Origin: Tubiluchus corallicola
Taxonomy: Eukaryota > Animalia > Priapulida
DNA: 64,000 bases
NCBI GenBank assembly: GCA_030141605.1
Contig: JAQGDQ010000104.1
Span: 372,001 to 436,000, forward strand
Reading direction: 5' to 3'
The translations under genes and the position numbers were made by a program. The notes below the pieces were generated by a model that was not told where the DNA came from, did not search any database, and saw only the letters and a list, made by a program, of their open reading frames with translations. Within the stretch, counting starts at the first letter, position 1. Every line of letters begins with the position of its first letter. This document shows positions 23,694 through 38,178 of the stretch, in pieces.

Positions 23694-25255
23694 ATTCACT
23701 AATGGTAGCGGCTATTTGTACCTTATATTCAGATACGCAGATGATTTTAGGAACGGCTACAATTATAGCAACTATTGGTCTTCGTCAGGGAAGCCCGACA
23801 TCGTGTTTTCTTTTTACCTTGTACCTAAATCCGTTTGTGAGGCGAATTAAACACGTGTGTGGAACAGATGACTTTCTTGGTTGGGTTCATTGTTTACTGC
23901 TTATGGATGATACTGTCCTACTTGCCACGTCCAGAAATGAGGCCATAAAGAAACTTTCTTTGCTTTTAGGATTTTGTGAAGAATCAGGAATGGTCATCAA
24001 TGTAGAGAAGACAAAATTTATGGTGGTGAACGGTTCCCTAGCGGACAGAGTGGAACTTGTAGTTGACAATGTGTGTGTGCTGAATTGCAATGATTACACT
24101 TATTTGGGGGTTGTCTTAACTCAAGATGGATCGCCCGATGCTGCTGTTAGGGAACATTTTAAATCCAAGCAGCCACACGTGATGAAATTTGTCTCTTTTG
24201 TATCCAAGAACATTGACTTTCCATTTTGGATAAAACGGAAGGTGCTAGAATCTGCATTGCTCTCGTCCATACTTTATGGGTGCGAAGCCTGGATATGTGG
24301 CAGTGCCCGTATTGGCGAGGTTCCGTACCGCACTACTATTAAAGCTCTACTGGGGGTTCGTACATCTACCACAAACGACGTTTGCTTGCTAGAACTTGGC
24401 ATGCCCTCACTTGAAGCGAGGGTAAAAAACGTACAAAAAAGTTCGTTTCGAAGTTGGTAAGCAAGCGTCACGCTATGACGGATGACCCGTTTATGCTGGT
24501 ATGGAATTTATGTAAAGATACACGAACAAAGGGATACAATGTTATGTCTACAGCGGATCACGTACAGATGATGTAGAGAGACGAAAGACTCATGTCCGAG
24601 TTTCTAATCATACAAAATGCAAGACTTATTTGGAAATAAATCCCAATTTGTATGGGAACACAGAGTTACCTGAGCACAAACGTATAATCATCACAAGAAT
24701 AAGGGTCTCATCACACAATCTAGCTATAGAAACAGGTCGTTGGGCAAATGTACCTCGTGAGCGCAGGCTGTGTCTTTGTGGAGAAATTCAGACAGAAGAG
24801 TATTTTTTGTGCGAGTGCCATGAAAATGCACTTTATAGATCACTGTACGCGTTAAATTATAGTAATATTGCAAATTTATTTGATGGAGAATTAATGTCAA
24901 TAGGAAGTTTCATTTACGACTGTATGCATAGATTTGTGAATTAAATAGTATAGCTTTGTTAGCGGACACATAACCGCATCACGGAGATTATCATATAGGT
25001 AAAATATTTGTTTAATACATGTGTACAAATGCTTAGTAAATAGTTTTTTTCGCTTCATGGAGTTTCGCTTCATACAACTAAATTTGTATATCTGTATGTA
25101 TACCTGTGCAGCTATGTTGAGTCAAATTGTTAGTATGATCTGGAAATCATTACACGAGCTCTGCCCGCTGATAAAACCATCGGGTGTGCGTCGAGTTTGT
25201 AATTTTCGTGTTGAAAATTTGATTTTCAGAAATAAAATATCTATCTAATATCTAT
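23694..25255 (+). mobile_element. 5'-truncated non-LTR retrotransposon (RTE-group, RTEX-like) inserted antisense in B2
   Basis: RT motifs GLRQGSPTS, LLMDDTVLL, KTKFM, YTYLG, LYGCEAW (ORF 23702-24460). C-terminal HNLAIETGRW..RRLCLC motif (24630-24944) after frameshifts. AATAAA plus (AATATCTATCT)2 tail. Target CTAC present on both sides. Confidence 0.9.
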
Positions 25256-25658
25256 CTACGAGGGCAGTACTTTTAAATATGTTTGTTACCTGTCTACATT
25301 GCATTGCAATTTTTGTATCAGCTTTCGTGTCTTTACGATCGAGTGATCTGAGAAATGCTTTTACATCTTGTTTAAGTATAAGATAATAGGCGTATTTTGA
25401 CTCTCCTCTGTACCTTGCTTCTGTCTTGAACAGGTCGATGTAATCAACTGAGTAGGTGCTGAGTATGTAATCTCTGTGGTAGTCATAAACTATCCCCCTT
25501 ATCCCCCTCATGCCTTTTAAGTTTTCTTCTCTTACATTTACTCTCTTGTTTAAAGGAAACGTGTCTTCACATGTTCCCGAAATCAGGATTACTTCTATAC
25601 TAAATAAGACTAGACCTAGGGTTATAAAGCTAAGTGGGATTTTCCTAATATTGTCCAT
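25256..25658 (-). pseudogene. Cadherin-like B2, 5' fragment (signal peptide and first domain)
   Basis: MDNIRK...ISGTCEDTFPLNK...NIFKSTALV aligns to the B1 N-terminus. ATG at 25658. Confidence 0.88.
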
Positions 25659-27405
25659 GTTGATATGATTATAAATTTTTAATAATTTATTTGACATTCT
25701 ATTTCTGTAAAAAATCATATATTTCTGCAAAATATTTCTGTAAAAAAGACTGTCAAGAAAGTTATAAATGAATATGAATAAACCACATTGCTTGGAAATA
25801 GTAAGGTAAAGGTATTTTTACAGTGTTTTTTTTTACAAATTACAAACGCAAGAGCTATTTGCACCTTATGTAGGCGCAAAGTCGAAAATCAGTTTGCCAG
25901 GTGATATTCTTCGTAATATTTTTCCTTTTCTTTTGGTTGAAGCATAGTTCAAGTTCGCGTTCTGTATAAGCCAAAATGCAAAATTCATATCTGTTTACAC
26001 TTGCAGTCGTGAAAGCTCGTTTTGAATAGCACTCAGATTCTAGTCTTTCTAACATTATGAAGCACTTTCTTTGCCTTTTGTGCACTTTTCCAGAGCCCTG
26101 ATGAATTTACAGTAGCAGATATTCTGAAAATTTTCTCAATAGCGACTCTGTCCCTTAGTGACAAGATACAATGTTGTTGAACTAGAAAATCGAGGTTTTT
26201 GTCTTTTGTTTGTTTCGAAAGTGTCACAATGCTATAGTAAATGCATTGTTTTTAGTTATTTAGTTAAAAGCGCTGCTACAGTACGGAAATTTACGTATTA
26301 AATACCCATTTTTAATTTAATTTATCAAAAATTAAAAAGGTTAAGAATATTATTGTGCTGTCAAAAGAATTATTATCATAATCTGCCAATCTGCATTATT
26401 TTCTCTTGAAGTATTTAATTAAACTCCTATTCTGAGCAGACTAGTTAATTTTAATAGCAACCGTGATAATGGCTTAACGTGCGTACGTTTCACATTATTT
26501 GCAATTTTAAATTAGTTTTACCTTCTAAATTAAAACGATCAGTTACGGAATTATTACAGTATTGTTAACAGGGCACGACTGCTCATGACACGAAGCATAA
26601 AGACCTTAATTACCAGCCCTTAACACTGTAAGTGCTTAATGTCAGCATGGCATTCCCCCACGATACTGCAGAAAAAAGCCTCTAGGCCTATCGCTTGCAA
26701 AAACCAATAGGCTTCATCTTTCGTACAAAAATGCAAGTGATAATATTTGGTATGCCACTTATTTAAAATACGTTATAATCGATTCGAATTTTGGCCTATG
26801 TAGTGCAAAATTTGCGACTTGATTAAGCGCATGGTAAGTTATTGCTTTAATGCATTTTAAAACTAAAATTTAATTTTATTTCATTACTGCCTGGTAGTGT
26901 GAGGAAACCTCAAGGTTTCTTTGTCTAGAAGCAAGTATTGAGAAGTGCAACTTTTGTCCCACTAATTATTATAGTTGTGGCAACCGTTACGTCTATAAGC
27001 TAACAATTCGTCATGAGATAAATTTAGAAAGGACTAAATTTCTGACATTTTTACTTGAATGGATAGAACCTAAGTTAAATTTATACGTTTCAGATACGCT
27101 TAATCTACTAGTAATGAGTCATCAATATTCTCTTCAAGTTTTTTTAATATTTGTCTTTATTCATGAGACGAATCTGCATGGAACCAACTTTTGCAAAATT
27201 AATTTCAAATGTAAAGATACGTGTATGTTAACAATACAGTAAACATTATACACTTGGCATTGTATTTACAGATGAGGTTGAGGTGGTCTGTTTTCTCAAA
27301 TTCCTACATCACTGCTCTCTTTTCTGTTATTTTCTCTCCATGTAACCACTTATAGATATTTTTATTTCTTTATTTAATTAATTTATTTATTATTTACCCG
27401 AACAT

Positions 27406-27685
27406 GTTGTTGTTCGTCCTTCGAATCGAAGATGACCATAGTGACAGGGATAAAGGGTCAGTTTGGGGGGTTGTCATTCCTTTGATGAGCTCGAAGGTGA
27501 CTGACTAGGCCTATTCTGGCCTGGAAACTTCTTTGGCATTTGGCACAGGTGAGGCTGGGTGTTTTGACCTGTTGTTGGGCAGTGCCACATGCCTTGCGTC
27601 TCCTGCGCTTCTCCTCTGCCTCCTCAATTCTTTTCGCCTCTGCTGTCTTAGCCCCTGTGGTGATGGCACTCCGCCATGCTGAGCA
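27406..27685 (-). mobile_element. RTE-clade LINE 3' fragment
   Basis: C-terminal C2H2 motif CAKCQRSFQARIGLVSHLRAH and (AAC)n tail. 11-bp TSD TACCCGAACAT (27395-27405) / TACCCGTACAT (27686-27696). Confidence 0.88.
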
Positions 27686-28564
27686 TACCCGTACATAAAT
27701 GTACATTAAAAACAAATGCGGACACACGTACATTCGTAATACTTACGAATTAAGATTAGTTACATATTTACAAAAAACATTACACTCAAAATTGTACAAC
27801 GAAAAATCAAATACAACTAAGCAATAAAAAATGACAATACCAACTTTCAAATTTTACTCAATAAACGCCTTAAAATTATTTGTATAAATTTAGTTCTCCA
27901 TAATTAATGCTAAAATTTCATTTTATTGCATTCATGTTATAAAAAGGCAATTTTTTATACGGCCAGTCATTTCTCTCGGAACCGGTATAGAACATTCAAG
28001 AGCGGAACATAACGCAGATGATTGTGGCGGGACAAGAATCTATCTCGTTATCAAGTATAGTCGTCAAGCTGATGCTCTGAACTGAGTGAGGTGTCAAAAA
28101 ATGTATAGATTCACATATGCAGCATTTTGTCTTTATGAGGTAAAAAATAGCGGCAATATGACAAATGAAATCATGTGGAAACAGTTTCCTGGGTTGCATC
28201 CGTTTCCTGACCAGGCGGCGCACGTGACCATCCAGCTGTATCTCTGTTCTCAGCATAATAACAGCAATGTAACTTGATCTGTAAACGTCGTAACATAGTG
28301 CAAGCGGTCTAATACAGCTTTAAAAACTCATTTTAAAGTTTTATGATCGTTAGTTAATCGTGCTCCCCAATCAAGCAATCCCAGAATCGTGTGCACTAGA
28401 CTATGCAGCCGGTTTCTGAGATGTAGTTTCTTTGAAGGTCGTCGTCCAGGTTTTAAAAGCAAAAGAAGAAATTTTCATTGCGTATTTTGAGAATCGTGTA
28501 GAACAGTACTGTGTGAAGAACGCTTATGGCTAAGGTGTTAGGGTGCTGACGTACATCTACGATC

Positions 28565-28810
28565 ATAACCCAACCCCAATACTATCTCTAACTCGAGCCT
28601 TAACCCTACCCCAATCCTAACCCTAACCCTAATCCTAATCCGCTTTTACGAACTAATTTCTTGTGTGCGAGGAATTGGAAACTTTAGTCAAATATACAGG
28701 TCATGGAAAAAGTCACAATTTTTGTTAGGAAAAAAGTCACAGTAAAAATGTAACAATTACTTTTGGCAAGGGTTAGGGTTAGGATTAAGGTGTGAGTTAA
28801 AGTTAGCGTT
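28565..28810. repeat. Degenerate (CCCTAA)n ... (TTAGGG)n inverted telomere-like motifs, probably part of a dispersed element
   Basis: AACCCTAACCCTAATCCTAA at ~28600-28640 and GGGTTAGGGTTAGGATTAAGG at ~28770-28790. Confidence 0.55.
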
Positions 28811-30999
28811 ATTTCTTTTGCAAAGTTGCAAATGTAACTTTTGTTGCTAGATAAGGGAGAGACGAAAATTTACAGTGTGTCAAAAACTTTAAAAGACGCG
28901 TAATTTTATCAGTATTATTCAAAAACCTTAAAACGAATGCCCTTTAACACAGCATTTGTTGGTCGGTAAATGAATGTCGCCTAAGGTTCTCTTCCGTGAA
29001 GGGTAATGGGCAATTCCCGCAGTTATTTCAATTGCCTTTTATTGGCCATGAAAGAGGTCGAATTATGGAGACGTTAATTTTAAAAGCAATGGTGAGTGAG
29101 CCGTTAAGGTTTATGGGCAGGTCGTTTAGGAAAATCCTAAAACTTTCAGCTCTCTCAAATTATTTTTTTGCGAAAGGAAAATGAATTGTTTTAACTATAA
29201 TGACTTTGGTGATCACTTCGCCTATGCTGTACAATAAAAACTGAGAGATCGGTTACATCAATTTTTAAACGACCCATTAGGACGATAGTTAAAGTTGACG
29301 TGCCAAATTTCGACACACCAGTATAAAGAGATAATACATGAGATAATCTTTCATTTTTCACAACGTGGTGGCGCTAAACGCAAATTTATATAACACGCGA
29401 AGGAAAACTATTCACTATGTTTTACGAACAGTTAAAAGCTTCGTTTTGTGTTTCGAGATATTCTAGATGGTGAGGTTTGTGAACTTTATAGTCAGTTCTA
29501 AAGTTACACTAGCTTCTGATACCTCAAAAAGAAATTAACAGACAGCTACGTGTCACTAAAAATAGTCCAGTATTATTTTGAACAACACGGGGAAATCAAT
29601 TGACAAGTGAGATGAAATATTATAGTCTGGTAACTGCCGAGAACCCACTGAATAATACAGCACAAATATAGGGAGTCAGACATCTAGGCTTTGAGATTAC
29701 ATGATTAGTAAGATACGAACGTATTTGTAGTTTAAACGATCCGTTAATCACTCCTCTCATTAATCAATCCTAAACTTTGCAAAAAACTTTCTTTCGCTCG
29801 CTGCTAAGTTTGTCATCAATCACTGGCGCCAATGGGCACATGGATTCTCTCTGTTCAGTCGTTTAGAGACAGCTAAGCATGGCTTCTTTCTAAGGCTAAA
29901 TGAACGAATTGCATCTCAATTAAAACTCATTTGAAGCCATATTAGTTCGGCAGCATAGACGTGCGCAGTCGAGCTAATTACTGGGCATTAAGCACTCAAA
30001 GTGTGTGCTACTTTTTATTGCCATAACCAAGTCTAGCAGCCGCTCGTGGTAACGGCTATAGTAGGAGTGAAACTAGTCCGGAATGCGAAGCATTGGGTCA
30101 AGCGTCTAGTGAGATGTTTAGTCACCTGTCCTGTCCTGTTCTGTCCTATTCAGTTGACTTGAATAATATAATATTATAGTATTTGTGATTTAAAAAGCAA
30201 CTGAAAATTTCGAATCGCGATGTGTTTTGGTAACAACTTAGTTTAGTTTAAACACATAAGAAATATTGCAATATGGCATAAATAAACAGTTTTTAGCAAA
30301 TGATAAATGTCCTCACCAATGAAACGTGACGCTTAGTTTAATGCAGACAATAGACAAACAGTAGAAGCATTACAGTATGACTACTAGCATAGATATGTTG
30401 AGAAAGACATTAATATTACTATGTAATCAAAATAAACTAGTACAGTGATTAGAACCACTTAGTTATAAATATAAATTTCTGTACAAGCTTAAATACTTGG
30501 CTGTTAACAGTTGTATGAAGAGGCAGATATATGAAGCAGAAGTTCATATTGTTACGGACCCGGGTTCCATCGCGGATCCGTCTCAAGATGTATAGAGCGG
30601 CATACAAGTGAAATATCACAGCAGACGAGAAAAGCTAAAAACTCCGGAATACGAGTGTAAAATAAACTTTATTGCATAACTAGTAGCTCCAAAAGAATGA
30701 CATGTGAACAGACTTTTGTATAAAAATTAGCAAGCCTACAGCATTCACCTTTACAGACAGAATGGCCAGATTGGAATCGTCAAATTACGGCATGCATTGT
30801 TTTATACAGGTACATTTGCATTACTGGGTTTCTCAACCATACCCATTACTAACTAGTCAGTTAACCGAAATCTGCATTCGTAATAATATATTGAAAAGAG
30901 ATCCAACTACTGTATTCACAACTATCATTTGTAAACATGAAAATAATAATTATCTCCGTAATTATATTTTACACAAGGCCTTCCGCTCAAAGACAACAC

Positions 31000-31015
31000 T
31001 CACACACGCACACGC

Positions 31016-31053
<38 letters not shown>
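31000..31053. repeat. (CA)n microsatellite
   Basis: Direct reading. Confidence 0.95.
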
Positions 31054-31057
<4 letters not shown>

Positions 31058-33115
31058 AATACTTTTGTATCAGCTTCATTAAGATAGCTGATCTTACTTC
31101 TGCCTTCCGTGATTCAAGATTCTTTAAATCGTTTCAAAGTGAAATTAATTTATTGGACAAAACCGAATAGACTTTCTGTTATTTGCCTTAGCTTGAAACC
31201 CTCTGATAAACTGGCTTCACTTCAGGGAGAAACCAGGTGAGCGCGTAACCCACATGCAGAGCTCCATTAACGAAAATATAATTGAACTGGAAAAGATGTA
31301 GAAAAGCTCTCACAAACGCACGAAAATTGTCTATCGGAGCACGAAATGTAAGATTTTCAACCAATTACTTGTGTTCAGTAACAAAGAGGTAGCTTGTCCC
31401 AAGCTACGTTGAAGCACATTTGCTGCTATTTTCCTCGGGAAGTTTGAATCCCTCAGCAGCCACAAATTTTACGCAATCTAATTCATTTAGCGTGTTTACA
31501 TGGCAACATCTGAAGGTGAGCGAAGATGGTCAAGTGCAAATTATCGTGTTTATTTGTTCGTTCATTCGGCTATTTCTTTTTTCTATCTAATCCTTTTTCA
31601 TTTTTCGTTTCCGTCTGTCCTTTCCATTTCGTTTCCATTTGTTTCTTAATCTGTTAATCTTTCGTAGATTATTTGTTTTGATTTTTGAAATTCGTTGTTT
31701 ATTTGTGGGCTACTTATTCCTTCATCCATTCATTCGTTTGGGCTCTTGTTTGTCCATTCGCGCAGAAACTTGTTTGTTTATTACTCATTCGCATATTTGC
31801 TTCTCTAACCACATATTATCTTTAAATTTCACTTGTTTCAGTGGTTATTTATCTCTCCTTTGAGACAGTAATATGCCACGCTGATACTGGCCAGTGACTG
31901 GATGGGTGCTTTCAATCCTGGGTAACTTCATTCGCCACACTGACTGTAGCTGCTCATTCGCTGAAGAATTGAATTGAATTGAATTTATTGACTAACAGGG
32001 GTAAAGCATATTAATAATGCATCACAAATTATAAAGAGTTAGTCCGAATTAAAAACAACATCGGTAACGATGAATCTAAATGGTCACACAGATAAAAATA
32101 CAGGATTACAATGAACAAAGATATTACAACAAAATCATGTCAGATAGTTACAATATGAAATGTATCACAAATATAACACTCAATTATAATGAAGAACTAA
32201 ATTTATAGACTTATTTTTAGACAATTGTAAGATTAAATGATATGAACGGATAAAAATTAATTCAAGTATCATGGAGTTTCATTATTTCGGTTACTATCGA
32301 TTACATTGCTAGAATTAAAAATATCGCATAAGGAATTAACGTTAATACTGGTTTACTGATTTCTGATAGCATTTGACATAGACAAACACATAACACATGA
32401 TGTTCAGACTGTACAGCTGGATGACTTGCTTGTACATAAACAAGTTCTTATGTCTGAACTGTATATATGTCCGAACGTGGCTGAGACACCACTATTTGTT
32501 CAGTGCCTCATTTTAGGTGGTCATACGTTATAATCATCCAGGTTCCAGTCTTGCCACAAACATCGTAGCAGTAGGCACTGCCATTAAATGCCAGATCTGC
32601 CGTTGGAGAAACGTATAAGAACTGTTTTACAGTACGTTCTAGAAACCATTAAAAACACCACTAAGCACATTATCAACAAATACATTGAAAAACGAAGAAG
32701 AAACAGAAGCTATTGGAATTTGCTCAGCTCGTTATTACACGAAGTCTTGTTCCCATGAATCCCTGCACCATGCATCTTTATCCCCGTAAGCAAATTGAGG
32801 ATTATGCTTCGTCATTAAAACAGTAGTACATTCGACACAAGCGTCTGTGTAATTTTCCAGAACTTATTACATACATTACAATCAATAATCTTCATCGCCC
32901 ACATTTAGTGGGATTTTATTTCTGTTTGGCTACGTAAATTTATGACAAGGTATATTCAGTGCACAAGCTAAGTTTTCAGCGATTCTAACTCGCGTAATGG
33001 GGTACTTGTTAAATGCACGCTAGCTGATTCTGTCATTCGTCACTTTCATTCAAACAATTGAATTGAAATCTGCAGCAACATTTTTTGAAATCAACATTTT
33101 TGCTTAATAAATCAT

Positions 33116-33152
<37 letters not shown>

Positions 33153-33265
33153 CGACGACGACGACGACGATGATGATGATGATGATGATGATGTGATGAT
33201 GGATGGTGATGATGACGATGATAATGATAACGATGATGACGATGATGGCAATGATGATGATGACG
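33116..33265. repeat. (GAT)n/(GAC)n microsatellite
   Basis: Direct reading. Confidence 0.95.
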
Positions 33266-34212
33266 AGAAATCTTTTATCACGCCTCTATTTGCAGATTAA
33301 AACTTCAGTATTAAAAACGAAATCCATTTAAGGATATTGATAACACACACAAATACATACTGTACACAACTGTGCAAAAATAAAAACAAGTGTACAAAGC
33401 TATATACAAATATACAAATAAAGATGCGTAGGAACTAGTTACATAACCTGGCCTAAAATAAGCCTGAGCGTCACAGCATACTTTATACAGGGAATAGCCT
33501 GGTGGTCATGGCGTGTCTTTATTGACAGGAGCTAGGGAATATCGTACGTGGACTGTAAATGAATTTGTGACCGCTCAGAAAACTGCTACCATTTCGCTTT
33601 TACCTGGCGATCCGCTTCCAGCTACTGTGATCTTCATCGTCACTGCTACTAATGACTACAGATGTCTACAATAGTTTCAGGAGCGCGTTAAGACTCTTTT
33701 TCTTAAGACTCTATTGGAGATTTTTCAGACTTTCTAATAACCATTCAAGCGGCTACAGTAAAAAGTTGAAGATACAATTAGATGTTCAGAAAATTCGATT
33801 AATATAACTAATTGGTCACAGACAAGAATTAGTTTTTAATATTCTTCTGCGATGATATTGTAGCTTTCAGGGAAACAATTTTCTGGTGTACAATTTCACA
33901 GATAAAATTACTTTCTTCATAAGGCATAATTTTACAGATTTATGCTTTCTTTGCAAAATGAATACTTTTTAAATATGACAAGCGTTTTCAACAGACACAG
34001 AAATCGACTTTTAAGTTCGAATCCAATATGAACCCTGACTTACCAGTCATCTTCAGTCACAGGCAGAAATCGGCTGAAGATAGCTGGCAAGCTGCCGAAA
34101 TAAATTGTATTATATTCGTAACATCTTTGAATTTTTTGCGACAGAATAATATTCATCTTTAAAAATTTGTCTTACCTTATACATACATTTTTAATTGGCA
34201 AATAAAGAATTC

Positions 34213-35320
<1,108 letters not shown>

Positions 35321-35391
35321 TAAAAATTTAGTTCTAACAGTTTACCAGCAAACGTTTTGTATTATTCTAATTGCAACATTTTATTTTGCAG

Positions 35392-35605
35392 GCTTACATA
35401 TTTCGTGTGTTATCACATCCGGCGGACCCGGAATTTGAACAGTGTGTTTCTTACGGGGCTTACACTGCCCCGTGGCAAGAGAGAGTGTACAGTGTCGCCA
35501 GTCTTCTGCTCCAATGCGTTCTTCCCCTTATGATCATTACCGTGTGTTACTTGCTCATCTTTTACACAGTTACAATGAAGGCTAAACACAACGTATCAGT
35601 TGAAG
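35392..35605 (+). CDS. CrzR: Corazonin/GnRH-family GPCR, internal exon (ECL2-TM5)
   Basis: Acceptor TTTTGCAG|GCT and donor GAAG|GTAATG (phase 1). Encodes AYIFRVLSHP..FEQCVSYGAYTAPWQERVY...LPLMIITVCY, matching the QCVTYG.Y...WQE..Y signature of corazonin-type receptors. Confidence 0.85.
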
Positions 35606-35652
35606 GTAATGTAATCTCTGATTAGTTCTCAACTTCTCTCTCTTTCTCTCTG

Positions 35653-36012
<360 letters not shown>

Positions 36013-37762
36013 CTCGCTCCTACATTACTCAAAATAGCACTTCCTATGAACAATCTTACGTTGATTTCAACATCTTTGTATAGGATATATTGTTTTGACG
36101 AAATCCATATATTACATTTTTATTTTGCTTGTGCTGTTCACTCATTATTTGTATGAAAGTGAGTATGTGATTTTGTTATATCGGTCTTTTGGCTTGGAAT
36201 AAATTACTCTTTCCCTTTTGTATAGGCCTATTATTAGTTCTCTGATTTCAAATGTCAAAACTTCCCCGTCATTAAAAACTTATTTGCAAAGTCTGTACCT
36301 GTGAGCAACTACGTCTTTTACAGAGTTTAACTTGTAAACGATATCTTACCTAGAGCAAAAAATCACCGCTATTATTATTCAATAACAAAAAGCAAAAGAA
36401 AATCACAAAATTCTTTTAGCAGCCCAACTCCTATGCCAAGCAAATTGTGATTTTGCATTTGCAAAGCAGCGAAACGCTTTTATGCATTAACGAATTATTA
36501 CTTACTTCAGCTTTAAGCTAACAGGTATACAGAAAAGAAGAGAACCTACACATTTTTTAGAATTTGACATTTTCCTTAATAATATAGAACCATGATATTT
36601 GTCTTACTTTCAGTATATATCAAAGTCTCCGTGACCGTATACAGAGTGTTGTTTCAGAAAAGACGGTGCAGTAGAAACATTCAAATTCAGTTGATTCAAA
36701 CAAGCAAACAAGCAAACAAGCAAACTACAGTAATGCATATACATGTACAATTTTTAATGTATAATTGAAAAAAAAACAAAAAATGAAATAAAACAATTTC
36801 TGACGCCTTAACGTACTACATTAAAGCGTTCAAGTTTGTCGCATGGTAGCTAATGCTAATGATGGCAGCTAATGATAATGATAATGATAAACATCATCAT
36901 ACATGTATGGTGAAATATGCTGTTCAATCACACTTAATGCTCCTGAGTTTTAAGTCATATACAAGAGATTAAATTGCAGTCATGCATGGGAACAATGCTG
37001 CATGTAATCATGATCGTGCATGTACTATGGGAACAGTGCTGCATGTCATCATAATGATGTAAACATAAACTAGTCAAACCCCGCAAAAACATTTTGCGCA
37101 GAGTCAGTAATGTGAAACATGTTACGTAGTTTTCCTTAATGTCACTTTAGTAATGAACAGAATACCCGGGTGTATGCTTATTTTTTCCATGTCACATAAA
37201 CAGTTTCAAAAGCAGCATTTCTCTGAGTTGTTCGTCTATTTTTCCAGGAAGTTTGAGTGGATGAGTCAAGGAAAACGCCAGGTGCCCGTGAAACTCTGGG
37301 GAAACATAATTATATCTGTTACAACCCACGTTAAAAGTTCTTTTCAAGGATATACAAATCCCCGTCTCTCACGATCACGTCTTTCAGATATCCGTTTTAT
37401 AAGTCTTGTCCGGGTTCTTCCTAGACGTGCAGAATCGAAAAATTTACTTTCTCTGGGACGCCAGTAAACGGAGACCATTCATTTGATATTATAATGTGTC
37501 ACAAATCATTCAGGTTGAGAAAATCGCGTATTATACAAATTATTAAAAAATATATAAGCCCAGAGAAGTAGTATCATAATAATTTTAGATTAGCGTAACT
37601 TCCTACCATACAGATTGCTTAATTTTTTGTACCCACAAATATTTGTACATCAGCATATTTATTTCTACTGTACTGTTTCTTCTGGAACACCCTGTAGCAG
37701 GTCTATGCCTGATGCTTTGGGTCTACATTTTTATTTATTATTCCACTTTTATTTTTGCCTAG

Positions 37763-38178
37763 AAAAAGGACTGACGTACAAATCTGAGATGAGAAGCGAA
37801 CTGTACAAGAAAGCCAAACATTCCTCATTGCTCATGACGTTTGTCATCGTTACTGCTTTCGTCATTTGCTGGGCTCCATATTACGTCGTCATGATAGGTC
37901 ACGTGTTCAGGCTACCGTTCGTGCACAAGAACGAAGACCTCGTCCATAAGATCGTCTTTGGATTCGGCATGCTAAACTCTATGGTCAACCCCATTATTTA
38001 TGGCGCCTTCCATCTGGCACGAAGGCGACGGCGCGCGCATCGTGGCACGGTTTCCATGACAACCATGAGTACGATGGCGTCATACAGGATTTCCAACAGT
38101 GCAAACAATGCTCGAGCAGTTGAAATGTATGATGCGTTTGTGAAAAATAGCAAAAAAGACAAGAACACAAAAACCTGA
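37763..38178 (+). CDS. CrzR: Corazonin/GnRH-family GPCR, terminal coding exon (ICL3-TM6-TM7-tail)
   Basis: Acceptor TTTTTGCCTAG is phase-compatible with the previous exon (G+AA=Glu). Contains the FVICWAPYY and FGMLNSMVNPIIYGAFHL motifs. Confidence 0.88.

Noticed and set aside
27960-28260. Possible GPCR TM3-TM4 exon (..ITQMIVAG..) or RTE remnant on the minus strand (GHVRRL)
   Set aside because: No DR motif, no TM4 Trp and no PQ|GT donor; the RTE similarity is too weak to call.
28565-28810. Interstitial telomere fusion site
   Set aside because: Only a few degenerate units; more consistent with a common dispersed element.
33033-33300. Poly-Asp and poly-Ser ORFs (and poly-Thr/Ser at 16400-16708)
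   Set aside because: Trinucleotide microsatellites with no convincing splice context.
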